Shown piece after piece: positions 41,492 to 53,502 of a stretch of 64,000 nucleotides of DNA. The stretch spans positions 23,746,001 through 23,810,000 of the forward strand of contig NW_027361672.1 in NCBI RefSeq assembly GCF_039654945.1, written 5' to 3'. Numbering within the stretch: position 1 is the first letter of the stretch; every line of letters starts with the position of its first letter. Source of the stretch: Dendrobates tinctorius (taxonomy: Eukaryota). Both the position numbers and the translations under genes were made by a program. Under the pieces are notes generated by a model. That model made no database searches. It had not been told where the DNA came from and saw nothing but the letters and a program-made list of their open reading frames with translations.

Positions 41492-43401
41492 TTACTGAAA
41501 TGAATAGATATCCTGTAAGTTCCTGATGCTGTAGGAGTTTGGTGGCAGGGAGAACATACCGTAAGTAACAATTGTATCAAACCCAGTGTTGTATATTCAG
41601 GTCTTTGATTTCCAGAACTAGGCCAGTGTTATTCAATGCTCCCGTTTTTTACTTTTTTTTTTTTTTTTTTTTGTATTAGTAGGATTGGCTTTCAAGTGAC
41701 ATAGAAGCTTGATGCATAGGAGATAATTTTACCATTTTCCTGCTGCTGTGTTACCCTTTTGTCCTTGGATACAGGCATATGCCTACAACAATTATTGCAT
41801 TTCCTGCTATCAGTTACAGCAGCATTCCTGGTATTAAAGTCACAGCAACAGTTCCAATTTGTGATTTGCTATTACCTGGTTGTGTGTTTGTAGGTAACAC
41901 CTTGGGGTTTATTTTTATTTTTTTAAATATAACGTGAAAACTTTTTATGTAAGTAAAATTTTGCAGCCTTTTGTTGGATTTGGCTGAACAGGCATCACTT
42001 TATCTTGGTTGGTAATAAATTATGGTATGGCTGGCTGTAAAGACATCCTTTTACAATTTGGTGGTTATTTTTCTTTCTTTTTGTCTTGTGGCATCCGCTG
42101 AAGTTTTTTGTATTGAGTACTTCAAAATGGTGTACATGGTCCATGAATTCGTTACAAAATCAAAAATGCTCTTTAACAGTTGTTTTTTTTTCAGCTCCAA
42201 AAGTAGCAAATCCTTTTAAAAAATTTTGAAAAATGTCCCCAATTGAGTATTCTGCCAAAAACCTCACTCAATTAGAGTTTGATGCACCAAAAGAATTCTA
42301 TTTTTTTCTGTAAATGTCATATTTCTTGAATCTGTTTAAAATGGCTGGATAGGCAAAGTTGTGAAGGAAAAATAAAAAACTTGGAGAGGCAAATTAAAAA
42401 GTGGCGCAAACCATATAGAGTAAGGTTCAAATACTAAAGCTGCTAAAAAGGAGCAAATTAGTCCAGATAACTGGAGAAACAGCAATGATGAATTAGGACC
42501 TTGGACTTGGTGGCGTTTGGGTTCATAGTCAGTACGGTGCCATGCTTGTGCCTGGTGATCAGTTAAAAGGGCACAGTGTTTAACTGAGTAACTTCTGTCC
42601 CTTTGTTGTAATGATTGGTGTGGCACTCGAACGCCCTCCAAACGAAATGTACTACCTGTCAGAAGTTTTCTGAATTGATCTTTACACTTTACAGCTATTT
42701 CGTTGTCAGATATATTGACAAACTTATAATTATGCAATGACTTTGAAAACGATGCCACTTTTTATACCAGTGTCTTTGTGGAGTGAAACTGTTTTTAGGG
42801 AAAACTGTGCCTCATACTTATTTTGGAACACGAATGAGAAGATTTAATTATACTGTCTAGTTTTAGACAGTTAAAACTTGAGAAGGGTTTACACCTCCCA
42901 CCTTGTTGAACTATAGGACTGCTGATCTGTTAAATATTTTTTGGGAAGTGGACAGATTGTGCAGGTAGCATTCATTTTAAACAAACAAAATAATGGTGCA
43001 TTCTTACAATATTTATCTTGGAAAGCGTCATTTGCTGTTGTGTGTGTGGTTTTTTTTTTTTTTTTTTTATAAATAGTCTTGGCATGCCTGGTGCATTGAG
43101 TTACGGATGGAGGACCAATAGTATCCAGCTGTTTTGTTTCTCTGTTCAGTTGTATTTGACTTTAGAGCTTTTGACTTATCTGATGCAAAGATTTTTTTTT
43201 TTTTTGTACGTTACTTCTAGTTTCTACATTCATTCTCTGCTTTTAACAGTAAATATCACTTTTGAAGAGCACAGCTATTTAAAAAGGAAAAAAAAATACA
43301 GGTTCCAATTCATAAAGGTTGTCATTTTTGTATTCCAGTCTTGATGAAGTGTGTTCGGGAGAAATATATGCCACATTTATTAAGATGCGAGCGCCTCCTA
43401 A

Positions 43402-43672
43402 GGCCTGTTTCACACTTCCGTTTTTGACCAGTCAAAATCCGCCTTTTTTGCAAAAACGGATCTGCCATTTTTTTTGGCGGATTCGTTTTTTCCCTATTGA
43501 TTTGTATTACCGGCGGATCTTGACGGATGGCCATCTGTTGGATCCGTTTTTTTGCGGATCCGTCAATTTTTTTGCGTTCGCCGAGATGCCTGGACGGACC
43601 ATGCAACGTTTTTTGTGCTGCCGGATCCGCATTTTTACAGTGACACAAAAAAACTGAAGTGTGAAACAGGCC
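43402..43672. mobile_element. Harbinger MITE (GGATCC family)
   Basis: Perfect TIRs GGCCTGTTTCACACTTC / GAAGTGTGAAACAGGCC; TAA duplication; internally homologous to 23894-24279. Confidence 0.9.
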
Positions 43673-44885
43673 TAATGGATTCGGCACATCTTTTAGTTGT
43701 ACGCAACAGCTTGAATTTGACTTCAGTCAGGGATTGGAGTTGTCGTAGATTATGGCACTTCAGTGGCGGAAAACACGAATTTACCGTATGTGTTCGACCA
43801 CAGCCCCTCCAAGTGAAGGTACGCCTACTGTAAAAAAAAAAAAAAAAAAAAATTGTGACCGCCGTAAAATACCAAAAGTTTCAAAATTTTAAACATGTAT
43901 GGTATAATTTTGATGAAAGCTGTTTGATGAAATGTGGCCACATAGTTGTCATTTCACACAAAACATAAAAAAAATTCCTGTGTATTTATATACTGTGCAC
44001 ATAGAATTCCTGATTCAGTAATCACATTGCCTCTAATTAATATGGCTTGCAAAATACTTTTGTGTTTTACTTGAAGATAATTTTACTAATTGAAATAACT
44101 CCTGTTGAGCAAGGTTATTAACAACAAATGGGGGTGGAGGGGGGTAGTTGAGGGACCACCACCCACCCCACGAGTATCAGTGCTTCTGCAATGCCTTATT
44201 CTGAAATGTTAAATGTGCCCATTAGTTGATTACATTATATGCTATTGCTTATCCCGGTGTCCAGCTGGAGCCTTTTAGCCATGTTTATACAATGATAATA
44301 TATGTAGTATTGCTGCAGCACAGAAAAGCCATGTAAGCAAGTGTCAGATCTGCTGTAGGAGCAGAGTAAATAAAGTCCAGTCTTGTAACAAAGAGGTGTT
44401 TCTCAGTGCCCTAATTTAACAAAAGCCCTGCTGATTGACACAAGCTGACAACTCTGTGTTAGCATTGCATTTATCCGGTAGATTAGGAAAGTGATGTTTT
44501 AGTCTTTGGTAATACTTCTCTGGAGCAGCAGTTGCATCATTTCCATGCAGCGGTGTTACTATGTACAAGTGTTTAGGTTATGGTGTCTTTGTGGTCATGC
44601 AATCCTGTGGAGTATTTAGAATATGAAACCCTAATTGCATTGTGTTTTTATAAGGCCTCATTGGCTTCTGAGATCCTGGAATGTTTTCATGTCGTCTGTG
44701 ACTGAGCCGGAAAGACAAACCATTGTTTAATTGTAATTTCTATTATGGCACTCAGGCATGGTTTTGTTGATAAATATAAATTCTTGGTAAATAAGCTGGA
44801 AATATGATTTTATTTCCTAGGCAGGTAAAGTCATAGCTGCATTGTAATTATTCAATAGCGTTTCAGTCCTTCAGCCAAGCAATAA

Positions 44886-45252
44886 GGGTGTGTGCACACG
44901 CTGCGGATTTTGCTGTGGATCTGCAGCGTTTCTGGCTCTGCGGGTCCGCAGCAGAATCTGCTGCGTTGTACAGTACCATTTTACTCTATGTAAAATGGAA
45001 ACCGCTGTGCACATGCTGTGGAATTTTCCGTGCGGTTTTGCTGCGGTTTCAAATCTGCAGAAAGAAATGACATGTCACTTCTTTTCTGCGGATTCCGCTG
45101 CGGTTTACCATCTCCTCCATTGTAGAGGTGATAAACCGCAGCCTAATCCGCAGGTAAACTGCAGGTCTTTTGACCTGAAATTTACCTGCGGATTTTGCAA
45201 AATCCGCGGGGAGAAATCTGCAGCACCTAAAAACTGCTTGTGCACGTTACCC
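44886..45252. mobile_element. Harbinger-type MITE (CTGCGG family)
   Basis: GGGTGTGTGCACAC ... TGTGCACGTTACCC with TWA flanks and many CTGCGG/CCGCAG motifs. Confidence 0.82.
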
Positions 45253-45643
45253 TTAAGGGAGAGGCAAAGAGAAGCTGATTAATAAAATGGCAATATATCT
45301 TAAATAAGACCAGCGCAATTCTAGGTAAAGTCATTCTGATTTTTAGCTTTAAGGCTATGCGCACAAGATGCGGATTTGTTACGTTTCCGCAGCGGTTCGT
45401 TTCTGTGCGGAAATGCACCAAAAATGCAAAGGATTACAAAAGCAAGGTTACTCAATGAGAATCAAGAATTGTTGGGCACGTGATGCGGAAAATTCTGTCC
45501 TTATTCGCAGCATGTGAATTATTTTTGCGAATCTGCAGTGTTTTTCACCTATTGACTTCCACTGAGTCACTCAAATCTTCAGCAAAAACGCAGATGTAAA
45601 AAGGTTTGCAGATTTGGTGCCAGACATGCAGCAGATTTGTTAA

Positions 45644-45960
45644 AGGGAATCTGTCACCCTTTTTTTCGGCTTGCAGCTGCCGGCATAGACATTGGGGGCT
45701 TATCTACAGCATTCTGTAATGCTGTAGATAAGCCTCTGATGTAACCTGAAGGATAAGAAAAACACGTTAGATTATACCCACCGGGGTGGGCGTTGCGGTC
45801 TGGTCCGACGCCTCCCTTCTACATGCGATGACGTCCTCTTCTCCCGTCCTGTAATGGCTGCGGAGCAGGCGCACTGCTCTGCCCTGTTGAGGGCAGAGCA
45901 GAGTCCTGCAGTGCGCAGGCGTTGGGAGAGGTCCAGCGCCTGCGCACTGCAGAATTGCTA
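45644..45960. mobile_element. Kolobok/T2-type MITE, left half only
   Basis: TTAA|AGGGAATCTGTCA start, homologous to the 22708 copy; stops just after the central hairpin. Confidence 0.75.
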
Positions 45961-45963
45961 TTA

Positions 45964-47015
45964 GGCTGGTTTCACATTTGCGTTTTTTAGCGCTGGAAAA
46001 AAACGCTAACCTGCGCATGCGTTTTTTCCCCTATATTTAACATGGGTGCGCATACCTGCGCGCTTGTAAGCGCATGTATGCGATTTTCATGCGCTGCGTT
46101 TTTTTGGGGTGTGCGTTGTGATTTTCCAGACGCAGCATGTTGCATTTTTTGGTCCTGCAAAAAAGCGCATGCGCACATATGCGCACGTTTTGCGCTAAAA
46201 ATGGCCATTATAGCCTATGGATGCGCATATGTGCGCACTGGCATGCTCATGTATGCGTTTTTTTGCATATGCGATTTTTTTTTTTTTTTAACCATGGAAT
46301 TTAGGGGTTTGGGTTAGAGTTAGGGTTAGTTAAGGAGGTTTAGGGTTAGGGTCAGGGTCAGGGTTAGGGTTGGGGTTTGGGTCAGGGTTAGGGTTAAGTA
46401 TGGTTTGGTTAAGGGTTAGGGTCAGAGTTAGGGTCAGGATTAGGGTTAAGTATGGTTTGGTTAGGGTCAGGGTTAGGGTTAGGGTTAGGGTCAGGGTTAG
46501 GGTTAAGTATGGTTTGGTTAAGGGTTAGGGTCAGAGTTAGGGTCAGGATTAGGGTTAANNNNNNNNNNNNNNNNNNNNNNNNNNNNNNNNNNNNNNNNNN
46601 NNNNNNNNNNNNNNNNNNNNNNNNNNNNNNNNNNNNNNNNNNNNNNNNNNNNNNNNNNNNNNNNNNNNNNNNNNNNNNNNNNNNNNNNNNNNNNNNNNNN
46701 NNNNNNNTGGGTTAGGGTTAAGTATGATTTGGTTAAGGGTTAGGGTCAGGGTTAGGGTTAGGGTCAGGTTTAGGGTTAGTAAAGTCATGGTTTGGGTTAG
46801 TGTGAGGGGACATCCAATGTTGGAAAAAAACGCAAACGCGGTAAAAACGCACTAAAAACGCATACAAACGCTTAAAAACGCTGCGTTTTTTTCATGCATG
46901 CTCATAAAAATGCTTGAAAAAAACGCAGCAGTTGTATGCTTTTGTATGCGTTTTTTCAATGCGTTTTTTTGCGGGAAAAACGCGCTGCAAAAAAAAAGCA
47001 AGTGTGAAACTAGCC
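45964..47015. mobile_element. Harbinger-type MITE termini enclosing a telomere-like array and an assembly gap
   Basis: TIRs GGCTGGTTTCACATTTGC / GCAAGTGTGAAACTAGCC; TTA on both sides; GCGTTTT motifs on the left and AAAACGC on the right. Confidence 0.8.
46300..46800 (+). repeat. Interstitial telomere-like repeat (TTAGGG with TCAGGG, TTGGGG, TTTGGG variants); N gap at 46559-46707
   Basis: Hexamer array read directly on both sides of the gap. Confidence 0.93.
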
Positions 47016-47018
47016 TTA

Positions 47019-47533
47019 GCTACCTTCCCCCCCCCCCCCCCCGCCCGCCCGCCGGTTATCGCTGATCGTTGTTGAAACATCTGGACATTTTTGGGGTCGC
47101 TGGGCTCCCGCTGGCCAGCATGCTTTGCTGCGGGAGACCAGTGAGCAGGAGCTGGTAACAAAGGTACACATCGGGTTTCTAAGGGGCACGCGGCACCTAG
47201 AAACCCGATGTGTACCTTAGTTATCAGCGCGCTGATGCAGGGAGCTGGTAACCAAGGTACACATCAGGTTTCTAAGTGCCGCGCGCCCCTTAGAAACTTG
47301 ATGTGTACCTTGGTTACCAGCTCCCTGCATCAGCGCGTTGGTAGCCGCCGTGTATCTTCGTTAACTAAGCGGCGTGCGTCGCTTGTTACTCACGTGTCGC
47401 TGGTCCTGATCGCTGGTGAAGCTGCCTGTTTGACAGCTCACCAGCGTTCATGTAGCGACACATCAGCGAGCGATCCTGGCAAGGTGATATCGTTGTCGGG
47501 ATCGCTGGTGAGTCACTATGTGTGACGGGGCCC
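47019..47533. mobile_element. ATCGCT-family MITE, one terminus only
   Basis: Ends ...GGATCGCTGGTGAGTCACTATGTGTGACGGGGCCC|TAA, similar to the reverse complement of the 29925/38331 start; internal palindromes. Confidence 0.7.
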
Positions 47534-47932
47534 TAATGAAGGCTTGTTCCCAATTTATCTGCTTGTGTAAATATTCAAGCAATTACCTGATGAACAAGTA
47601 AAAAGTTTGTCAGGTTATTTGCTTCATTCATGCTGGCGTTAAAATCATTATCGGCAGCACTTCATCTTCTGTAAACAAATGATGCGCTGTCTATAAATGA
47701 TTGGCCTGTCCAATAAATGACTGTCGATTGGCTTGTATAAGCAGATTTGCAGTGGTTTACTGGCCTCTTTCAGCAGGTTTAAATGCATCTTACACCTTCT
47801 ATCCCCTTTAAAAACACACAAAAGAACTCTCAGCTGAGAATTCATGTGTATTGAGAAGTCCAGTCTGTGGACATGTATGTTCACCTTCATGATGACGTCT
47901 CTCGACCCACAGATAAGCGGATATGGTGAGTT

Positions 47933-48296
47933 CAGGTCAGGAGACCCATGGCCAGTCCGGACGGGGCAGGTCAGGAGACCCATGGCCAGTCCGGACGGGG
48001 CAGGTCAGGAGACCCATGGCCAGTCCGGACGGGGCAGGTCAGGAGACCCATGGCCAGTCCGGACGGGGCAGGTCAGGAGACCCATGGCCAGTCCGGACGG
48101 GGCAGGTCAGGAGACCCATGGCCAGTCCGGACGGGGCAGGTCAGGAGACCCATGGCCAGTCCGGACGGGGCAGGTCAGGAGACCCATGGCCAGTCCGGAC
48201 GGGGCAGGTCAGGAGACCCATGGCCAGTCCGGACGGGGCAGGTCAGGAGACCCATGGCCAGTCCGGACGGGGCAGGTCAGGAGACCCATGGCCAGT
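47933..48296 (+). repeat. Perfect 34-bp minisatellite, about 10.7 copies
   Basis: Unit CAGGTCAGGAGACCCATGGCCAGTCCGGACGGGG; no variants seen. Confidence 0.97.
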
Positions 48297-48337
48297 CATT
48301 CAGGAGTCCCTGAATATTAAGTGTGAAACAAACCTTA

Positions 48338-48667
48338 GGCTATGTGCACACGTAGTCTTAGGTCCTGCGGATTTTTCCGTGCTGATTTGGAAAAATCCGC
48401 AGGTAAATTCTCAGGTCAAAAGACCTGCGGATTAGCACTGCGGTTTCACACCTCTACAATGGAGAAGGTGTGAAACCGCTGCGGATTCCTCACAAAGAAT
48501 TGACATGCTGCGGATTTGAACCCGCAGCAAATCTGCAGCATGTGCACAGCGTTTTTCAGATTACCATTGAAAACTGGCACTGTACAACGCACCTAAATCT
48601 GCTGCGGCCCCGCAGAGCCTGAAACGCTGCGTATCCGCAGCAGAATCCGCCAAGTGTGCACATGGCC
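48338..48667. mobile_element. Harbinger-type MITE (CTGCGG family)
   Basis: TIRs GGCTATGTGCACAC / GTGTGCACATGGCC; TTA on both sides. Confidence 0.88.
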
Positions 48668-49513
48668 TTAAGGCTTGTTCAGATGAGCATTTTATGCTGC
48701 ATAAAAATAAAACGGCACACTGACCAATTTCAATTGTTCAAATGACTGTTTTTTTTTCCACAAGGAACGAGTGTCCCAAAAAAAATTGCAGCATGCGCTA
48801 TTCTTTCTGTATATCGGATGAGACTTGCCTGTACAACCATATGCTGTGCAAATAATAAAATCTGATTTCATATTGATCATCCATATAGCATCCAATTTCT
48901 ATGGATACATTACCATTATCTGAGGAAATTGTATTGATGTATAAATATGGATGTCACATGGTCATAAAATCCGGACACTTGGATGGCACATGGATGAAAA
49001 TAGTTTTCTAAATGAAAATCTGTTGATCGATTTTTATTCCCCCCCCCCCCCTTCAATAAGCTCATCTCATCCCATCTTAGCGCTTGTTCACATGACCTTA
49101 TTGTCAGCTGAGTGCTGTCTGTGAAAGCAAACAGACAGCACTCGGAGCAATGTTATTCAGTGGGACAGTGCAGATGAGCATCTTCTCCCCTCCACCACCC
49201 ACTGACCGAATTTGCGAGTAAAAAAAAAAAAAAAAAAAAAAATCAGCATTCACTAGCAGCTTCTGTAAATTGGATGAGACTTGCACTTTCAAGGTTGCGC
49301 AAAGAAAAAATAAAATCGGATGCCATATGGAGCCACAGTATTCAATTTTTATGAACACATTGCAATTCTTGACCATGGGAAACTTTAGCTGCTGTAAAAA
49401 AAAACCAAAAAAAAAACTGACTGTATACGGGGACGGCACATTGATTACAAATGAGAAATAAATTGTCCCACTTTTTTGGATGAAACTCTGACCAACTATT
49501 TGATTATTTATAC

Positions 49514-51474
49514 CAGGGGTCCTCAAACTACGGCCCGCGGGCCACATGCGGCCCGCGAAGGACTTTTACCCGGCCCCTGGCCAGGCTGACATTAACCGCA
49601 CTGATTGCACCACCCTCACTGCCGTGGTGAACCAATCAGCGCTGCAGCCGTGATGAACCAATCAGCGCTGCAGCTCACAAACACTGCCACCCCCCTGACA
49701 CGCCCACTAAAGAACTAGAGTGCAAACTCGCAGGCGGGACGAGGCGCCGAGGAAAGGCGTTGTGAAGCCCTCAAGCAGAGACCACACAGACGACGTGATT
49801 GTCATCACGCCGGCTGCGTGGCCTAATGACGTCACACCACCTGTGCCGGAAGAAGACTGAGACGAGCGAGCGCCTCTTCAGAACAGCGGGGGACATAGGT
49901 GAGTACTGTCTTTTTTTTTTTTTTTTCTTTTTAACTCCGGGTCCTATTGGGGACCTGTGCTGCAAAATGGGGATGTTTACCTGCCTACTAGGGACCTGTG
50001 CTACGTATTGGGGACCTGTGCTGCCTATTGGGGACCTGTACCTGCCTATTGGGGACCTGTGCTGCCTATTGGGGACCTGTGCTACCTGTTGGGGACCTGT
50101 GCTACCTGTTGGGGACCTGTACCTGCCTATTGGGGACCTGTACCTGCCTATTGGGGACCTGTACCTGCCTATTGGGGACCTGTACCTGCCTATTGGGGAC
50201 CTGTACCTGCCTATTGGGGACCTGTCCCTGCCTATTGGGGACCTGTCCCTGCCTATTGGGGACCTGTCCCTGCCTATTGGGGACCTGTCCCTGCCTATTG
50301 GGGACCTGTCCCTGCCTATTGGGGACATTTACCTGCCTATTGGGGACCTGTGCTGCCTATTGGGGACCTGTGCTGCCTATTGGGGACCTGTACCTGCCTA
50401 TTGGGGACCTTTACCTGCCTATTGGGGACCTGTGCTACCTTTTGAGGACCTGTGCTACCTGTTGGGGATATTTTCCTGCCTATTGGGGACCTGTACCTGC
50501 CTATTGGGGACCTGTGCTACCTCTTGAGGACCTGTGCTACCTGTTGGGGACATTTTCCTGCCTATTGGGGACCTGTGCTGCCTCTTGAGGACCTGTGCTA
50601 CTTGTTGGGGACATTTTCCTGCCTATTGGGGACCTGTGCTGCCTATTGGGGACATTTATCTGCTTATTAGGGACCTGTTCCTGCCTATTGGGGACCTGTT
50701 CCTGCCTATTGGGCACCTGTGCTGCCTATTGGGGACCTGTGCTACCTTTTGAGGACCTGTGCTACCTGTTGGGGACATTTTCCTGCCTATTGGGGACCTG
50801 TGCTACCTCTTGAGGACCTGTGCTACCTGTTGGGGACATTTTCCTGCCTATTGGGGACATTTATCTGCTTATTAGGGACCTGTTCCTGCCTATTGGGGAC
50901 CTGTGCTGCCTATTGGGGACATTTACCTGCCTATTGGGGACCTGTGCTACCTATTTGGGACCTGTGCTGCTTACTGGGGACGTTTACCTGCCTTTAGGGA
51001 CCAATGCTGCCTCTTGGGGATTCTTGCACCACACTAGTCTGAGCCTGAGGTAAAAGTGGAGTTCCACCAATATGGGCACTGATCAGGCTGCATTGATGGG
51101 CAGTGCAGTCTGTATGTCTCTGTATGGGCAATTTTATTGCTGGTATATTGTTTTTGTAGCGCTGTATATATGTTGGTATTTTACCAATAGCAATTTTGAA
51201 TCCCTAGGAAACAATGATATCAAGAAAGAGAAAAAATTGACTCGAAGTGTAGGATATTTGAAGAACCCAAAAGAATCGGTAAGTTTGATTATTTAACTTT
51301 ACTTCTTCATTTTTAATATTGTATTTGTTCCTATTTTGTTTTAGGATTTCTAAATAAGATATGTGCAGTGTGCATATGAATTTGGTGCTAATTTTTTTTA
51401 AACTATATTCCGGCCCACCAATGGTCCGAGAGACCGTGATCTGGCCCCCTGTTTAAAAAGTTTGAGGACCCCTG
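49514..51474 (+). mobile_element. Non-autonomous hAT element (1961 bp)
   Basis: Perfect 16-bp TIRs CAGGGGTCCTCAAACT / AGTTTGAGGACCCCTG; perfect 8-bp duplication ATTTATAC at 49506-49513 and 51475-51482; CGGCCCGCGGGCC subterminal motif; no transposase ORF. Confidence 0.95.
49940..51020 (+). repeat. 20/21-bp minisatellite inside the hAT element
   Basis: Units ATTGGGGACCTGTACCTGCCT and ATTGGGGACCTGTGCTGCCT with variants, roughly 50 copies. Confidence 0.95.
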
Positions 51475-53502
51475 ATTTATACGCTCATGTGAAGCTATGG
51501 TTCGGGCGCGTTGCCGTGTAGCGGCCATTTTACGTTGCGGCCCACTACGAGAAGCAGCTTTACTGCATATTGCCAGAATCTTGTAATTGATTAATGACAA
51601 GTGTTTATACAGCAGTTGATGCGTTTAATAGCAAGGGGCTGCAGTGCTAAACCAGGATTATTGACACAAAGCGATTTCTTAATAAGCCAATACTTTGAGA
51701 TGTCATTGACCTTCTAAGGATACCTGCACAGTATTGCCAGGGCTTCTTTTATGCTCAATTTGAAGTGCCTGGAATATTTTATCCGAAGTATCTAACATGT
51801 ATAATATCCCTGTGCTGCTAAGTGTATAGTGGAAATGACGTACAATGCAGCGAGTCACCTTTCAGGGAGTAGGCACTTTGCTTTGTAAGTGGTAGTGTCG
51901 TGCCGCTACAGATGTCTGACCCTCTGTATGTTTACTTTGACATGGTGATTCACAAGGTTTCTTGACCTTGTCACCAAACAGATGTACAGGTCACAAAATC
52001 AGCTGGATTAGATCACACATACTCCAGTCATTGATGCAATGTGTAAAATGCTGTGACTATCACATTCATTTTTCTTCTCCAGAAAGGTGTTGTCTAATCA
52101 GATGTAAAATGTGGGTTTTGTACAATTTAATTTCCTCTTGTGCTCATCAATTTCTCTTTCTACTTCTCTTTATGGAGATGAAGGCACTGGACATGTAGTG
52201 AACAAGCTTTGTAAATGAGCAAGAGTATTTCTGTCAGTGACGGCAGTGGGGGTGGCCTAGTATGATAAACTGACATCCCGGTGAAGTCTGTAGCCCTACT
52301 GTGAGCATGGCTCCTGAGCAGAGCTCTGACTGCTGCTGTGGATACGTCGTGAGCGTTTTCATCTATTCAGCGTTCACTGCAAACTGACTGCACAAAAGTC
52401 TGATGACCATGTTACAATACCCTAAAACAAAAGAATGAGCGATCTTCTCATCTCTTATGTTTTTTTTGCTTAGTTCTAGCACTGCGTTGTTGTAACGATG
52501 GTGTCAGGTATCTTCTATGTGGGGAGAAGAATGATAATGTGATGGTATTGAGGTTTTGTCTGTATGTTTAATCTTGTTTAAAATTAATTCTATGGATTTC
52601 ATTTTTGTACATTGTCGGGTTATATTTTTCTACACTTCACTGTCCTACTTCAGGCAACCCGTAGGCCCCACCTTGACAAATCTCACAGTTTGAGCAGTTG
52701 CTATCCGAAAAAAGCACTTCTGCTTTTAGCTCCTTTTCTTTTTCGCCCTGAAGTCTTTGTTGTAATGTGATTTTTTTTTTTTTTTTTTATGAAACGAGTA
52801 GTACATCATAAATCATTTAGTATGTGTGCTTCATGTCCTGTTGTATAATAAGCTGGTGTTTCCAATAAAAGCTCCTCTTCATAAAACAGATTACATCAGT
52901 AGTGTGCCACTCCCATGGATTACACCATTGACATCATGGTAAAGGGGACTCTGAGAACATTCTGTCTTTTTGTAAATGCTCATCCTTCCACCTTGTGTAG
53001 GAGGCTGGCTCTTCTGTCATTGTCGTGTGTGTGTGGAGCTGGCTCACATTAGTCTTGAAATTGTAGGCTAGAGAAATCACCCCATCCAGCTATGGATACA
53101 ATGTGTCGTTTGAGCCCTTGTATGTGGCATGAATTGGGCGTATTGGCTGAATGTATAAAATCCAGTTTAGTCTGTACATTGATACATCGAGCAGACACCA
53201 ATATATTCTGGGCCCTGCTTGAGGAGACTACACAATGTAATGCATTCTGACTATCCAATACATTTAGGGCTTGTGTACACAGAGTGTTTGCAGCGTTTAT
53301 TCATGCTTTAAAAAAAGTCAAAGTTTAAATTTTTTTTGCCGTGTTTTTCACCTATTCAAATGCATGCGTAAAAACACTTCCAAAACACATGTATGCTGAC
53401 ACCACACCCCCAACTCACGGGCCCCATAGTGGCCACCCGGTCTTCGCCCACTGGTTGATAGTCACTTTACCAAAAATCTTTACTTGTCCTGTTTTCAATG
53501 TA

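Noticed and set aside
46300-46800. True chromosome end or telomere fusion site
   Set aside because: The array has the same orientation on both sides of the gap, is rich in variant repeats and is enclosed by MITE termini.
47844-51053. Long repetitive ORFs in the 34-bp and 21-bp arrays
   Set aside because: Stop-free minisatellite translations.
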